A stretch of 60,796 nt of DNA from a virus (lineage: Duplodnaviria; Caudoviricetes). This document shows positions 37,801 to 46,402 of the stretch, in pieces. Within the stretch, counting starts at the first letter, position 1; every line of letters starts with the position of its first letter. A program made the translations under genes and the position numbers. The notes under the pieces were generated by a model. It saw only the letters and a program-made list of their open reading frames with translations, made no database searches and was not told the DNA's origin. Where the stretch lies: IMG/VR virus record IMGVR_UViG_3300030450_002344, positions 1 to 60,796 of that record. The stretch is one strand, 5' to 3'.

Positions 37801-40800
37801 GCACCGACGTTGACTTTTGACCCCTGACTTATACTCTCTGCTCGGAATTCTCCAAGAAGTTTTTCTGCGTTAAATGCAGCAAGTTCTATTGCATTTTCCT
37901 CAAAATCAGGATTAATAGCATTATCAATAAATCTTTGGCCCTCAAACGGTTCTCGTGCTTCATCAATTAGACTCTGTATCTCGTTGAATCCAAGCATCTC
38001 ATCGCCATTTTGTATTTGCTCAAACATACTTGCACGTTGTGTAGGGGGAACAAAGTTAAGCATCTCTTCTTCATCAACTGTTCCTAGTTCTCTTAGTCTC
38101 CTTACAAACTCAAAACGCTCACTTCTGTATGTTTCCTTATCTGTCATGATTGTGATAAGGTAATTCTTCTGCTCTTCCATAGCTCGAAGAGGCTTAATGA
38201 GTTCAAGCATAATTTCTTGTGTAGCATCATGGGCAGCTTTGATTGTCTCTTCACTAACAGGCCCAGTGCCGTTATGTAAGTAACCTTTTATTGCATCAAA
38301 CAATCCTTCTTGCTCTTGAGTTCCCCCAAAAAGAGTGAGAATATTTGTAAGTAAGTCATTAGTATCTGGATCTGTAACCCCAATTAGTGTATGATCTTCT
38401 CCAGCAGCTTTACGTGCCTTTCGTAGTACACTTGGATTTGTATCATATGTTACGTCAATACCTGCTTCCATTGCGTCTTCTCGAAGTTCACGAAGAATGT
38501 TGTCATACTCTTCTTTCAAAGTATTCCTAATAAGTTCTGCTGCCTGAAGATTTGGGTCAGTTATAACTTGTACAGTACCATCAGGTAGAACTTTTTCTAC
38601 TGCTCTATGATCAGGGGTATGGTATTTAACACCATCAAGTATTCTATTTATAAGGTCATCTACTTTTGCATCTTCTAGCGCATTAGCGTGAAAACCTAGT
38701 GAACGTATATATGTACGTGCGCTCTGTCTCATTTCTAAGAACGCTTCTCCTGTGTCCGTAACACCTTCTACAATATTAATAACATCATCTAAGTTTAGAG
38801 TTCCCGGTGATTGAACAGCTTCTACCATTGTTTTCCACAATGTGCCATCACCATCTTTAAGGATTTCTATTGATTCTGGACTAATTTGTCTAACTAAGTT
38901 TTCAATTTGATCTTCAGAAGATAATAATCTATACCATCTGTAAGAAGCCGAGTCAATGATGCGCATACGGTCTACAGATTCTGCATAACCTGAAAGCTGT
39001 CGTGCGTACACAAAAGGTAAACCACCACCAATAAGGGCAACACCACCACCCTTAGCTCTAGTAAGTAGTTTTTTCCAACCTTCTCTTTTTTGTACGTTTT
39101 CGTCGGCACCACCGAACATAATTTTCCATGATTTCATAACACCTCTTACGGGTGCAAGTGCTGCCACGTCTACATCAAGCGATGCTCTGGTATGTCCCTT
39201 TACGGCAAGATCCACATCTCCCCAAACACTCTGCCACTGCTTGTCTCGTGCTCTAAGCATATCTCCTCTAGCCATACCATCCATGAGCATTAAGGTTTTG
39301 TTTGTTACCCAGTTTCGCACAGCAAATGCAGGTCGCTCTAAGAATAATTTAGATGTCCAACTATTAATAGCATTTTGTAAGCCAAGTGCTTCACCTGCTT
39401 TTTCATCCAAACCATACCGCTTAAGCATTACATTTTGTGTTTCAAGTTTTACTTCTTCATTAAATCGTGACCACCACTCAGCTGGTGTAAGACCATCAGG
39501 GTCTATATCAGATGGATCGAGACCATTTTTGAGGGAAGGAACCTTATCTAAATCGATATCCTTTAGAATATCCAGTGCTTTACCAGTTTCAGCATGTAAC
39601 TGTGAGCTTATTTTTTTACTCTGTAGCATCATTAAATATGCCATAGGGTCATCTGCTTTACCGACTCTTTTTATTTCCTCAAGTAACTCTCTAACTATAT
39701 TTGCATGATCATGCGACAGAGTTTTTTGGAATCTCGGACCCCAAGCACCAAGCATGGAGCTAAGTTCGTTCATTGTTGTGTAAATATTAGACACCATTCG
39801 GTCTCGTGTAGCGCCCTCTGTTGTTGCACTAAATGCTTTATTTCGTAGCCAACGTGTAGCTTTGAACGCACTATATGTTGATCGCTCTGGCTCTTGTACA
39901 ACATGTTTCAAATCTTCGGGACCAAACTTATTTACTGCACGAAACTCATCAATATTCATTGAAGCAAGTTTTTCAGCTTTGCTCATTGCTTTAGTAATCT
40001 TAAAGAAATCTTTTATGCTGCCGCCAGTATCTATATATTGATCTGCGCGTAATATTGCTTTACCAATATCGTCATAGCCTTTAACTATAAGTTCATCAGT
40101 TGGAGAGTATCTTAGAGCGTCCTCTATTTCATCAGCTAATTTAGTTAATTGGTTAGCTTCATCACCAAACTCAGAGACCTTAGTTGGGAGGGAACCAGCG
40201 TCCACAGTAAGTTTCCCTCTTAAATTTTGTCCTACTCTACCAAGGAAAGTATCAGAAACTTCAACAAGTTCACCTACATCAACTTGTCTTTGTTCTTGTT
40301 TTCTAGTCAGTTGTTTGGGTTTAAAGATTTCTTGGGGACGGCGAAGGGGAATTTTATCGATTCTTCTACGCGCTTTAGGGTCTACGATAACTGCTTGATC
40401 AGCTCTGGTTACGTCACCCATTTGTGCTTTTGAACTAATAAAGTCTTGTTGTGTCTCAGGAGTAAATTTTGGATCCTTTTTAATAACTGGGACTACACCT
40501 AGTTCATCTATTGCTTCTGCCTGTAAATTATCCATAGCATGTGCTTTTTGGCGTAGTGCACTCACAATTGTCTCAGCACTTTTTCTATCAGTTAAATTAA
40601 TACGACCTGTTTCTACAACAGCACGGATAAGTCCGTTCTGAGTAGCACCAGAAACTCTTGACATTCGAGCACCTTTTACAGCCGCTGTGACACCTACTTG
40701 AGCACCTTTTGCTCCTATACCACCGAATACATCAAATAGGTTGAATGTACCGTAAGCAAAACCAGCCCGCATACGTTCACCCATCCCCATTGCTTCGGAA

Positions 40801-43109
40801 AGTGCTTCGTTCACGGAGTATATTCTATTTCCATTGTCGTCTTTTAAGTCGTATATAGAGATAAACTCAGCAGCATTAGCAAGGTACCACTGACCACCCT
40901 CGTCTAACTCATAAGACATAAGGCCACCAATAGCATCTTCTATCTCGTTCTTTTCATCTTCGCCAAGACCCATATAAATTCTTGTAAGATTCTTCCTGAT
41001 AGCACCACCTTCTCTAGAATCTTCACGTCTCATACTATTACGAATAGTAGAGTATGCAGTTAGTGGACTAACATTCTTTAACTCAGGAAATTCATCCATG
41101 TACGATTTATATGTGTACTTTCCAATATATTTGTCTTGAAATGCCTCACCAGTAAACTCGATTTGCTCCCAACTAGGTCCGAATTCGTTAGCTCCAGAAC
41201 CTTTAATGTTTGCTCTACTTAGTAAGTTCCTAGTGACTTCGTATGTTCCCCCTATTCCAAGCCAAATAGCGGCAAATGTTTTTTGTTCACCAACCGTCAA
41301 TCCTTTCATCAAATTTGTAAAAGGCTCTAGAGTAGGGTTATTCTTTGCAATTTCGTCCCAATCTTCAGCACTCTTCAAAGTTATACCAGAAAGTATTCCA
41401 AGGTCAGTTCTACCAGCTTGTTTATAGGGGTCATCTTCTAATGACCAGCCCGTTTCTGCGGAGGGGTCTATTAATACTTTTTCAGCAATACCATCTACGA
41501 CGTATTCATCAGCAGCAATAAGAGCACCCATGGCATCACCACCAATACCGAATGCTTTACTTAAACCCTTTTGGAACCAGTTACGTCTATCTACTGTCTG
41601 CAACCCTTGACTCAATAAGAACTCATTAGAGATGTTGTCTGTAATTGGAGCGCCGTCAAGAGGCAATGCCTCTGAGGGAGGCCATTCATCGCCAGCCCGG
41701 ATACGCTCATCACGTACTCTATTAATCCATTTAAGGAGATTTAATTCATCTTCTGCTTTCTCATCTGCAGCTTGTGCCGCCTTTGATAATGAACCAGATA
41801 ACCCTGTTTGTGCACCTTGAGTAATGGCTGCTCGTAAACTATTCTGTTGCGAAGTGGATAATCCTAAGTGTGTCCACATGTCTTCTACTTGAGTAGCTAT
41901 ACCACTCATACCTAGATTCGATGAGTACGGATTTATATCAGAAGGGGTTACCATAAGCGCACGTAAGAATGTATCTGCATCCAAGCCTCTAAGTGCGCCT
42001 ATACGCTTCATTGCTACTAAGTCAGACGGCTCGATAGAAAGTAAGTAAAAGTTCTCTTCTTTAGAACCAAAGTCTTGTAAAGAACTTAAAACATGTTTAC
42101 GTGCTTCAAGTAAATCATTTTCTTCTATTACTGCTTCGTTACCAAACTTACTAAATGCATCCGCAACAATGTTTAAAGTTTCAACACGATAAAAAGGTGT
42201 CTTTGAAAGACTTATATCTTCATCTGTAATATACCTAGAGAAAGCCGAACGTAGCGCCTCTATACTACCATCATTATTCAGCTGATCATCAAGTGCCTTA
42301 GCAAACCTAGGCTCTAAGTTTGACAGATCCTTTGGAATTTGAATAGGTTCTTTGGTTGTCGTAACAGCAGCTTTATCTTTAATTATTTTGTACTGTCTAT
42401 AAAATTGTTGGAGGTCTTTACCAGCTTTAGCATCATTAATAGTATAGTCAAGCATAGCAGAGAATATTTCTGCCTCACCTTCTTCACTACCCATTCGGCT
42501 TCTAACGAAGTAACGTGCTTCTGGATGGTCTATGCGCTCTACCTCAGCTGTAACTATTCCTAAGAACTGACTTTTTATATCTTCTCCTAGAAACTCATAA
42601 GCATTTTTAGCGAGTTCTTGTGCAACATCTTTTCCTGTGCGATTTTTGGTCTCATTCGCCCATTTTCTTCGAGCAACACCATCAGTGTATGCTTCTTTAG
42701 TACCTGTAATAATTCCTGTAAGATTTTCACCTACCTCAAAGTTGGATTCCTTTGTGTAGTAGTTAAAGTTAGAATCTACTTGCTTAAGTGCCTCGTCTAC
42801 CTCATTCGTAACGAAGGAATCAACACCATACTTATCATATCGAAGAGAAGTTCCTGTGTTTTCTTCAGGAAGTTCATGACTTGGAATAAGTGTTTCCGTT
42901 GTTAGACTATCTGTAGTTTCTACAAAATCTGGTTTAACACTTTCTGTAAGGGGGTCAGCAGTTGCTAACTGACTTTCAGCACCAAGTTCAGTTGTACTGC
43001 TAGTTGGACTAGTAGTACGTATCTTTTCCATCATCTTTTTAGATTGTTCTGGAGTGGCTTTACCAGAACCTAGTTCACCTAACCAACCGTCTATTTCTTC
43101 AATTGACAT
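31833..43109 (-). CDS. Giant 3758-aa internal virion/DNA ejection protein
   Basis: Uninterrupted helical-looking ORF between portal and scaffold; no catalytic motif recognised. Confidence 0.8.
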   Translation of the reverse strand: MSIEEIDGWLGELGSGKATPEQSKKMMEKIRTTSPTSSTTELGAESQLATADPLTESVKPDFVETTDSLTTETLIPSHELPEENTGTSLRYDKYGVDSFVTNEVDEALKQVDSNFNYYTKESNFEVGENLTGIITGTKEAYTDGVARRKWANETKNRTGKDVAQELAKNAYEFLGEDIKSQFLGIVTAEVERIDHPEARYFVRSRMGSEEGEAEIFSAMLDYTINDAKAGKDLQQFYRQYKIIKDKAAVTTTKEPIQIPKDLSNLEPRFAKALDDQLNNDGSIEALRSAFSRYITDEDISLSKTPFYRVETLNIVADAFSKFGNEAVIEENDLLEARKHVLSSLQDFGSKEENFYLLSIEPSDLVAMKRIGALRGLDADTFLRALMVTPSDINPYSSNLGMSGIATQVEDMWTHLGLSTSQQNSLRAAITQGAQTGLSGSLSKAAQAADEKAEDELNLLKWINRVRDERIRAGDEWPPSEALPLDGAPITDNISNEFLLSQGLQTVDRRNWFQKGLSKAFGIGGDAMGALIAADEYVVDGIAEKVLIDPSAETGWSLEDDPYKQAGRTDLGILSGITLKSAEDWDEIAKNNPTLEPFTNLMKGLTVGEQKTFAAIWLGIGGTYEVTRNLLSRANIKGSGANEFGPSWEQIEFTGEAFQDKYIGKYTYKSYMDEFPELKNVSPLTAYSTIRNSMRREDSREGGAIRKNLTRIYMGLGEDEKNEIEDAIGGLMSYELDEGGQWYLANAAEFISIYDLKDDNGNRIYSVNEALSEAMGMGERMRAGFAYGTFNLFDVFGGIGAKGAQVGVTAAVKGARMSRVSGATQNGLIRAVVETGRINLTDRKSAETIVSALRQKAHAMDNLQAEAIDELGVVPVIKKDPKFTPETQQDFISSKAQMGDVTRADQAVIVDPKARRRIDKIPLRRPQEIFKPKQLTRKQEQRQVDVGELVEVSDTFLGRVGQNLRGKLTVDAGSLPTKVSEFGDEANQLTKLADEIEDALRYSPTDELIVKGYDDIGKAILRADQYIDTGGSIKDFFKITKAMSKAEKLASMNIDEFRAVNKFGPEDLKHVVQEPERSTYSAFKATRWLRNKAFSATTEGATRDRMVSNIYTTMNELSSMLGAWGPRFQKTLSHDHANIVRELLEEIKRVGKADDPMAYLMMLQSKKISSQLHAETGKALDILKDIDLDKVPSLKNGLDPSDIDPDGLTPAEWWSRFNEEVKLETQNVMLKRYGLDEKAGEALGLQNAINSWTSKLFLERPAFAVRNWVTNKTLMLMDGMARGDMLRARDKQWQSVWGDVDLAVKGHTRASLDVDVAALAPVRGVMKSWKIMFGGADENVQKREGWKKLLTRAKGGGVALIGGGLPFVYARQLSGYAESVDRMRIIDSASYRWYRLLSSEDQIENLVRQISPESIEILKDGDGTLWKTMVEAVQSPGTLNLDDVINIVEGVTDTGEAFLEMRQSARTYIRSLGFHANALEDAKVDDLINRILDGVKYHTPDHRAVEKVLPDGTVQVITDPNLQAAELIRNTLKEEYDNILRELREDAMEAGIDVTYDTNPSVLRKARKAAGEDHTLIGVTDPDTNDLLTNILTLFGGTQEQEGLFDAIKGYLHNGTGPVSEETIKAAHDATQEIMLELIKPLRAMEEQKNYLITIMTDKETYRSERFEFVRRLRELGTVDEEEMLNFVPPTQRASMFEQIQNGDEMLGFNEIQSLIDEAREPFEGQRFIDNAINPDFEENAIELAAFNAEKLLGEFRAESISQGSKVNVGAIPTKQLKERLDDRIKGIDFATADDIVKEKLIDETLMDILFNGSDTKLLDAQFIRNKYFTKNAKMTFSNADVNMAIQRRIDDGTFFQPKRTATKSKFVTIEPNPTRPPLSEKELIEKANELGEELGTLADAVTERAFAKRNTRDQIDELAKSLNESSKKAIEDIRVLTEQFLSNAGGNTRPRSVYSRQDARRAKEKLLDAIQKRLQGKDSYIEDSINRLNEVRSALGLEPKSTDLRRKHGISRADEAGMDVWHDQGQHAFDRILLEKVPVLGFLRKWQRKLDDDYTAGGTTEAFDQVPFLPGREPVSDSLGAFIDNLSKYKEAEARAWSGLYLDTELDADLLDDFADQIEAIDPMHKTREFDLGKDINYRGMPRRNNFEDVRENAFNPEKRLQLESLLGRPSAKGRTFSIPLMRMIIPRGQTEDITRSRTFGPAQRAISKAKSDPNYTWTLPDPVEGKHIKFSGDEAVLPMNFGMDPQTRTDGTVLDQFPPQGVHGRVPMQQAPDGYVPLITDDSWNQSGELAMNRLAVFVRKDANEAEIEAGIKRLAEYRDRLKKDNEKIGWKYRQESRGTENWTGFQVSWSGSAGLQTNRRMTPEFAQKELKEVLDEIADLKDQDSDVYKGFIAWFRRRKTKDNLAYEIAVRRRALKNLSNYMMDQWDKGWPIYGRPNTSRDEILDLFVREQKVFEKARAQQRMAVSDIRDRAAAYADRTKPYTPVDDGPARVISREDVTKLRTLMDELEVQTNQLRRTSAKLAQAQADWILHDYSNTSNLDYLIRWLGPWHIWQTRTAGKTAMTLMDNPKLLNRVTQYLQSIRDVNRDLGSSKWAQRDIPIGQALQPFFSLSKSLGIDPGGWVSVAEKYSDGASLNVDAVLFWNDMFDYYPSGRGRIRAGEDPLNAMDDFSRLGKMAEVYSGMLKLPLNPAITTAMTVTGQYGENVDKLEKTIGSFTRPIDTAMSVTAGLTGAFSTTQLIRTNRDIREIDYAYMNAAHAAIMNNYTVTIDENGREVQVQSPDPNPETNEKLYLLLLAWDAWSRQKQNNVINIPLLHTIGDTGQKIFGHKLDPEAELIDPITGKKVDMSVLNQVHNDMERAAGSRRGIQDSSSLLLGFSFKPGREYTLDPSTGKKVYPADVMNNYYDIVRSRSLTEAQKSKKYSEFFEGTPWARNWLNNKKFEHNAINRAQASSMFYQVAEDINAEYDAGIAAIPGERPSIPSGRSEDRPNLSEFGLEIQDPPAMDETFFRDLETVNNRKNEQLKEAKLRIFETTGVNVGLSPEEVGGVPIDPNHIMDKTSFGSTQLWRQLTRDKLIKDEWFMTLFADDPMAGVHKVEEVMDTLFVDGEYREIKREDVEQVLQDMSDWKYEKTGVRYDPRFISVDMFNAWQLESFVELMREDKRKTAPTLFSEEFTARKDEFSVVAKDGRTTNIVNWGQYLKEVEEWETAMEAKDPEQFRLYKIVEASSASMPQIVDKAIESVMREIQTEINGIYEGELRDVASMANSVQTTIDMWKPPTVEGVMDWLETNEYGKVWMERNEYTQSDLVKHITERLGDVKNITYMDMKNGAWDEKVTRLQTDLDQAAPWDEQYHFMAPNQQLGIYDAETLEEFKAALEVKELMKFVSLYDIYNKLDPTLDEHKLYLKYFQQDADKIIAEALSIKKLEDAGKWEQAEHLKRMYAERDKSETPLGVVAAVEEEMDLPEFDDVTGIPQTIRGKPQSGYPSVSDDARNIGRKYQLYDLAQHPRLSEEAQNIKASIASRYYRQTQNLMPGDFIFETFARNGVADIEDIKDMWESLFPQISRMYGDLSNIREVATLLRLTGASGVADKDAKIASFQYIDALSAIVGIATGRKRNERTPTKVALPTRKWSKPAASGRQAAPTTSGVGGLPEWSEVSKHINMVFHDASFEDALTNFFTNPSQKLTRNHERMLRAMFRTFPVGTNYSFEQWVQALKLIYQTKEMLGLGGRGSFTPYGRSPTFSYPSDTPRFARYRD

Positions 43110-43127
43110 TACAGTTTACCTGTTTCC

Positions 43128-46100
43128 TTAGTTATACTTTTTAAGCCAGTCCGAACCTTGTTTTTTGATTTGGGACTTTTTTACCGTATCTGCAGCAGTA
43201 CCTGTTGATCCGCCAGTAACTCCTTCATATGCTTCAAATGCAGCTTTATCCGCATCGTCTTGTGCCATGCCTGTGGCTGTTGTACCAGTATATGTTCCTT
43301 TAGCACCTTTGCTCTCGACTACTTGACCATAATGGGGTTTTGCAGGAATGCCAAGCACACCACCACTGCCCTTATATTCAGTATATGCCTTAGCAGCATC
43401 TGTACCTGTAACTCCCGTTTGTCCTGTACTTGCTAGGTAGTCTTGCCATTGTTGCTCTGCATACGCATCTGACTTTTGACTTGCTGCTGCCCTAGATGCA
43501 TCTTGAGCAGCCTTTGTTGCAGCAGCTTTTGCAGCTATATCTGCAGCACTATCTCCTACTTGATTAACTTCAATACCGCCTGTCCAGTCCATAAATGTAT
43601 CTTCTTCTTTTTCTTCTGTACCCGCTGGAGCTGGAGCAGTTGAAGCTTCATATGCTTCAAAAGCTGCCTTTTCTTGTGCTTCTCGTTGTGCAGCTTCTGC
43701 AGCTAACCGCGCAGCTTTCTCTGTCTCAGTTTCCCCAGTCGGTTGAGTATCCTCATCAGGTTGTTTACCCGATTCAAGATCAGCGAGTCGTTGTGCTTCA
43801 GCAGCAGCAGCTGCGGCGGCAGCCGCTTGCGCTAATCTCTGCGCCTCTGCTTCTTTTGCCTTTGCTAACTCTTCAAGTCTTTTCTTCTCTGCTGCATCTG
43901 CTGCTGCATCTGCCGCTTTTGCCAATCTGTCTGCCTCTGCTTTTGCTGCCGCAGCTTTATCCGCATCTGCTTTATCTGTAACACTCTTGTCATATGCAGC
44001 CGCTTGATCTATAAGATTTGTGACAGTCCCAACATACTGTTGAAGTGCTGGATCTCGTAACATTTCATTTTCCCAATCACCAGCTGCTATTGCTCGCATC
44101 CAATCAGGAACATCTTCTCCAAGCTTTTCTAATCTCGCTATCTCAGCAAGAGAACCTGTTTTAAAACTGTTTAATTGACTAAGAACAAAATTGTACTCTT
44201 CTTGTTCTTCTGTTGGGTAGTTCGCTGCCCATATTTCTTTTTCAGCTTCAGTGCCATACAAGTCCAACCAACGTAGTCGTGCAGCTCTATCTGATGTACC
44301 GGGATTTCTAGATAAAACATTACCCTCGGCATCTGTATTTACCCAAACAGCTAAATTATCAGGAGATGTGTCCCAGTAACCTAATACGTTTCCCTCCGCA
44401 TCATACTCTCTATCCAAGAAAGCCGAACTACTATACTTACCTTGCCCTGTAGTATTGTACTGCCACATATTACCTGCTATTCCAGTTCCTCCCGCGTCTT
44501 TATTAGCCGCTTCGGTAGTTCCCGGCATTGGCTTTGCATTTGAAGGAATCAAGCTAGCCCTAATGTCATCTATTATATCTTTTGCGTCCATAACAGGAAC
44601 ACCATCTACTGTAGGCTTTCCGGCAGTATCACCTCTATCACTAAAGTAAAGTGGTGGGAAGTTACCTTGACGGCCTTCAGAACCTATCTGTTCATATCGG
44701 TCCATAGCGTTCCACTGGTCATACCAACTACCTGCCGTTTGTAATAGACTATCTGCCCCTAGTGCAGCTGCCGCTCTTGTGCCTAGCCCAAAGTCACTTC
44801 CACTTCCTGTTGAATTGACAAAGTTAGGATACTTAATATCAAAACCCGCCACACTAATTGGGGGTTCCCCCATTCCCATAGGAATTTCTACTGGCTGCAT
44901 AGCATACTTTGGGTCACTAGCGAGTCGAGCTTGCCCTAATAAATAACCTACCCAATGCTTTACAGAATCTTTTCTTTTTATAATATTCTGTTGATCTGGA
45001 GATAATCCAGCCATTTCATCGGCAGAAAGATTACGAAGTTCTGCTGGAATAGCACCATCAATAACGGTCATGTCTCCACCTGAATTCAGCACAGCATTTA
45101 GCCATGGGCGCACAGATGCGGGAACGCCCTCTAGCATACTTTTACCTACTTGTGCTTCATTTGCTTGGTCAATTTCCCATGAGCCACGTCCAGTGGGATT
45201 GTTTGGGTCTTTCGGAATCCAACGCAATGATGATGGAGATGGTCCAACCCACGGCAAGGTATCGATTAGTTCTGGTCGTTTAGTTATTGGGTCATAAGAC
45301 CATGCAATTCCTGTCTTTATCAGTTCTGCAGGAAGCGCGGGCATCTGGTCTTCTCTTGGGTTATATGGGTTTGCCTGTTCGACTACACCATTTAGTCTAC
45401 TATATATTCTAGCAAGTGCTGGAACATCTGTTTCATCTACACCGAGTATATCGGGGTTTAATAGACCGTCTTTCAGGTCCCACCAACCTCCAGCATGTAT
45501 ATCAATTGTTTTTACGTTACCATCAGCACTCTCAGTAACTTTACCAAGATAATCCCTAATAAGTGTGGAATTTTTCAGGATATTCCATGAATCTTCATCA
45601 AGTACTATTTCTGCAGTATCGGGTGTCATCGTTCCGTCACCCTCTTGCTTCATTATCTCTATTCTAATAGTGTACGGCTCAGGAGCTTGAATAAATGCGT
45701 CGCCCTCTAATTGAGTTCCCTCTGGTGCAGGACTGTCTACTTTTGCACTTGCTGAGATTAGTGCCGTCCAACGAGCTATAGTATCCGAACCGACTGGCCT
45801 ATCTGTATCATTTCTGTGGTCTCTTATTGTTTCCTCTGCATCAAACATGTATGAGAATCTTTTCTCATACCATGAGTACCAAGCTAAAAACTGATTTAAC
45901 TTCTCCGTATCAACATTTGGATCTTGCCATTTTTTCATAACATCCATTACTTGCTTTAATGTGATACCGTTACTAAGCATATAGGGCGTTTGAGTAGCTT
46001 TACCTTGTCCACCACTAGCAGGAGGTGTTGCTCCCGCATTATCAGCACTGCCCATTGCACTCATCCATGCATCATAATCTGCTTGGCTATTCCAATAATT

Positions 46101-46151
46101 GGGGTCATTCTCTGTTCCTTCAGGTCCAAAGTGAGTATCTATATGTGTCAT
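43128..46151 (-). CDS. 1007-aa internal virion protein with Ala/Lys/Glu-rich coiled coil
   Basis: DKADADKAAAAKAEADRLAK-type low-complexity helix; synteny. Confidence 0.75.
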   Translation of the reverse strand: MTHIDTHFGPEGTENDPNYWNSQADYDAWMSAMGSADNAGATPPASGGQGKATQTPYMLSNGITLKQVMDVMKKWQDPNVDTEKLNQFLAWYSWYEKRFSYMFDAEETIRDHRNDTDRPVGSDTIARWTALISASAKVDSPAPEGTQLEGDAFIQAPEPYTIRIEIMKQEGDGTMTPDTAEIVLDEDSWNILKNSTLIRDYLGKVTESADGNVKTIDIHAGGWWDLKDGLLNPDILGVDETDVPALARIYSRLNGVVEQANPYNPREDQMPALPAELIKTGIAWSYDPITKRPELIDTLPWVGPSPSSLRWIPKDPNNPTGRGSWEIDQANEAQVGKSMLEGVPASVRPWLNAVLNSGGDMTVIDGAIPAELRNLSADEMAGLSPDQQNIIKRKDSVKHWVGYLLGQARLASDPKYAMQPVEIPMGMGEPPISVAGFDIKYPNFVNSTGSGSDFGLGTRAAAALGADSLLQTAGSWYDQWNAMDRYEQIGSEGRQGNFPPLYFSDRGDTAGKPTVDGVPVMDAKDIIDDIRASLIPSNAKPMPGTTEAANKDAGGTGIAGNMWQYNTTGQGKYSSSAFLDREYDAEGNVLGYWDTSPDNLAVWVNTDAEGNVLSRNPGTSDRAARLRWLDLYGTEAEKEIWAANYPTEEQEEYNFVLSQLNSFKTGSLAEIARLEKLGEDVPDWMRAIAAGDWENEMLRDPALQQYVGTVTNLIDQAAAYDKSVTDKADADKAAAAKAEADRLAKAADAAADAAEKKRLEELAKAKEAEAQRLAQAAAAAAAAAEAQRLADLESGKQPDEDTQPTGETETEKAARLAAEAAQREAQEKAAFEAYEASTAPAPAGTEEKEEDTFMDWTGGIEVNQVGDSAADIAAKAAATKAAQDASRAAASQKSDAYAEQQWQDYLASTGQTGVTGTDAAKAYTEYKGSGGVLGIPAKPHYGQVVESKGAKGTYTGTTATGMAQDDADKAAFEAYEGVTGGSTGTAADTVKKSQIKKQGSDWLKKYN

Positions 46152-46402
46152 TAGCTTGCCCCTTGCTTATCAATTTCACCAAGTTTCTTCTCTACTTCGG
46201 CGGCAATCTTGACCATCCAATCAGGTCCGAGTTTGTCTACTATCTGTACTTGCTCCGTTGGCTGCATTGTAATAAATGATTGTCGTACCATTGAGTTAAT
46301 TAGTGTGTCTTCAGGATATCTATCCAAAATATGCCCGCGTACTTTTAGTACCGCGTCAAATATATGGTTATCTAGTTTTTCTGGATATGACTCTTTCGCC
46401 AT
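46151..46402 (-). CDS. Hypothetical protein
   Basis: TAATG coupling on both sides. Confidence 0.7.
   Translation of the reverse strand: MAKESYPEKLDNHIFDAVLKVRGHILDRYPEDTLINSMVRQSFITMQPTEQVQIVDKLGPDWMVKIAAEVEKKLGEIDKQGAS

Noticed and set aside
31833-43109. Virion RNA polymerase in the giant protein
   Set aside because: Only an isolated DIDPD; no T7/N4 motif A/B/C or NADFDGD-like context seen. Not excluded without structure prediction
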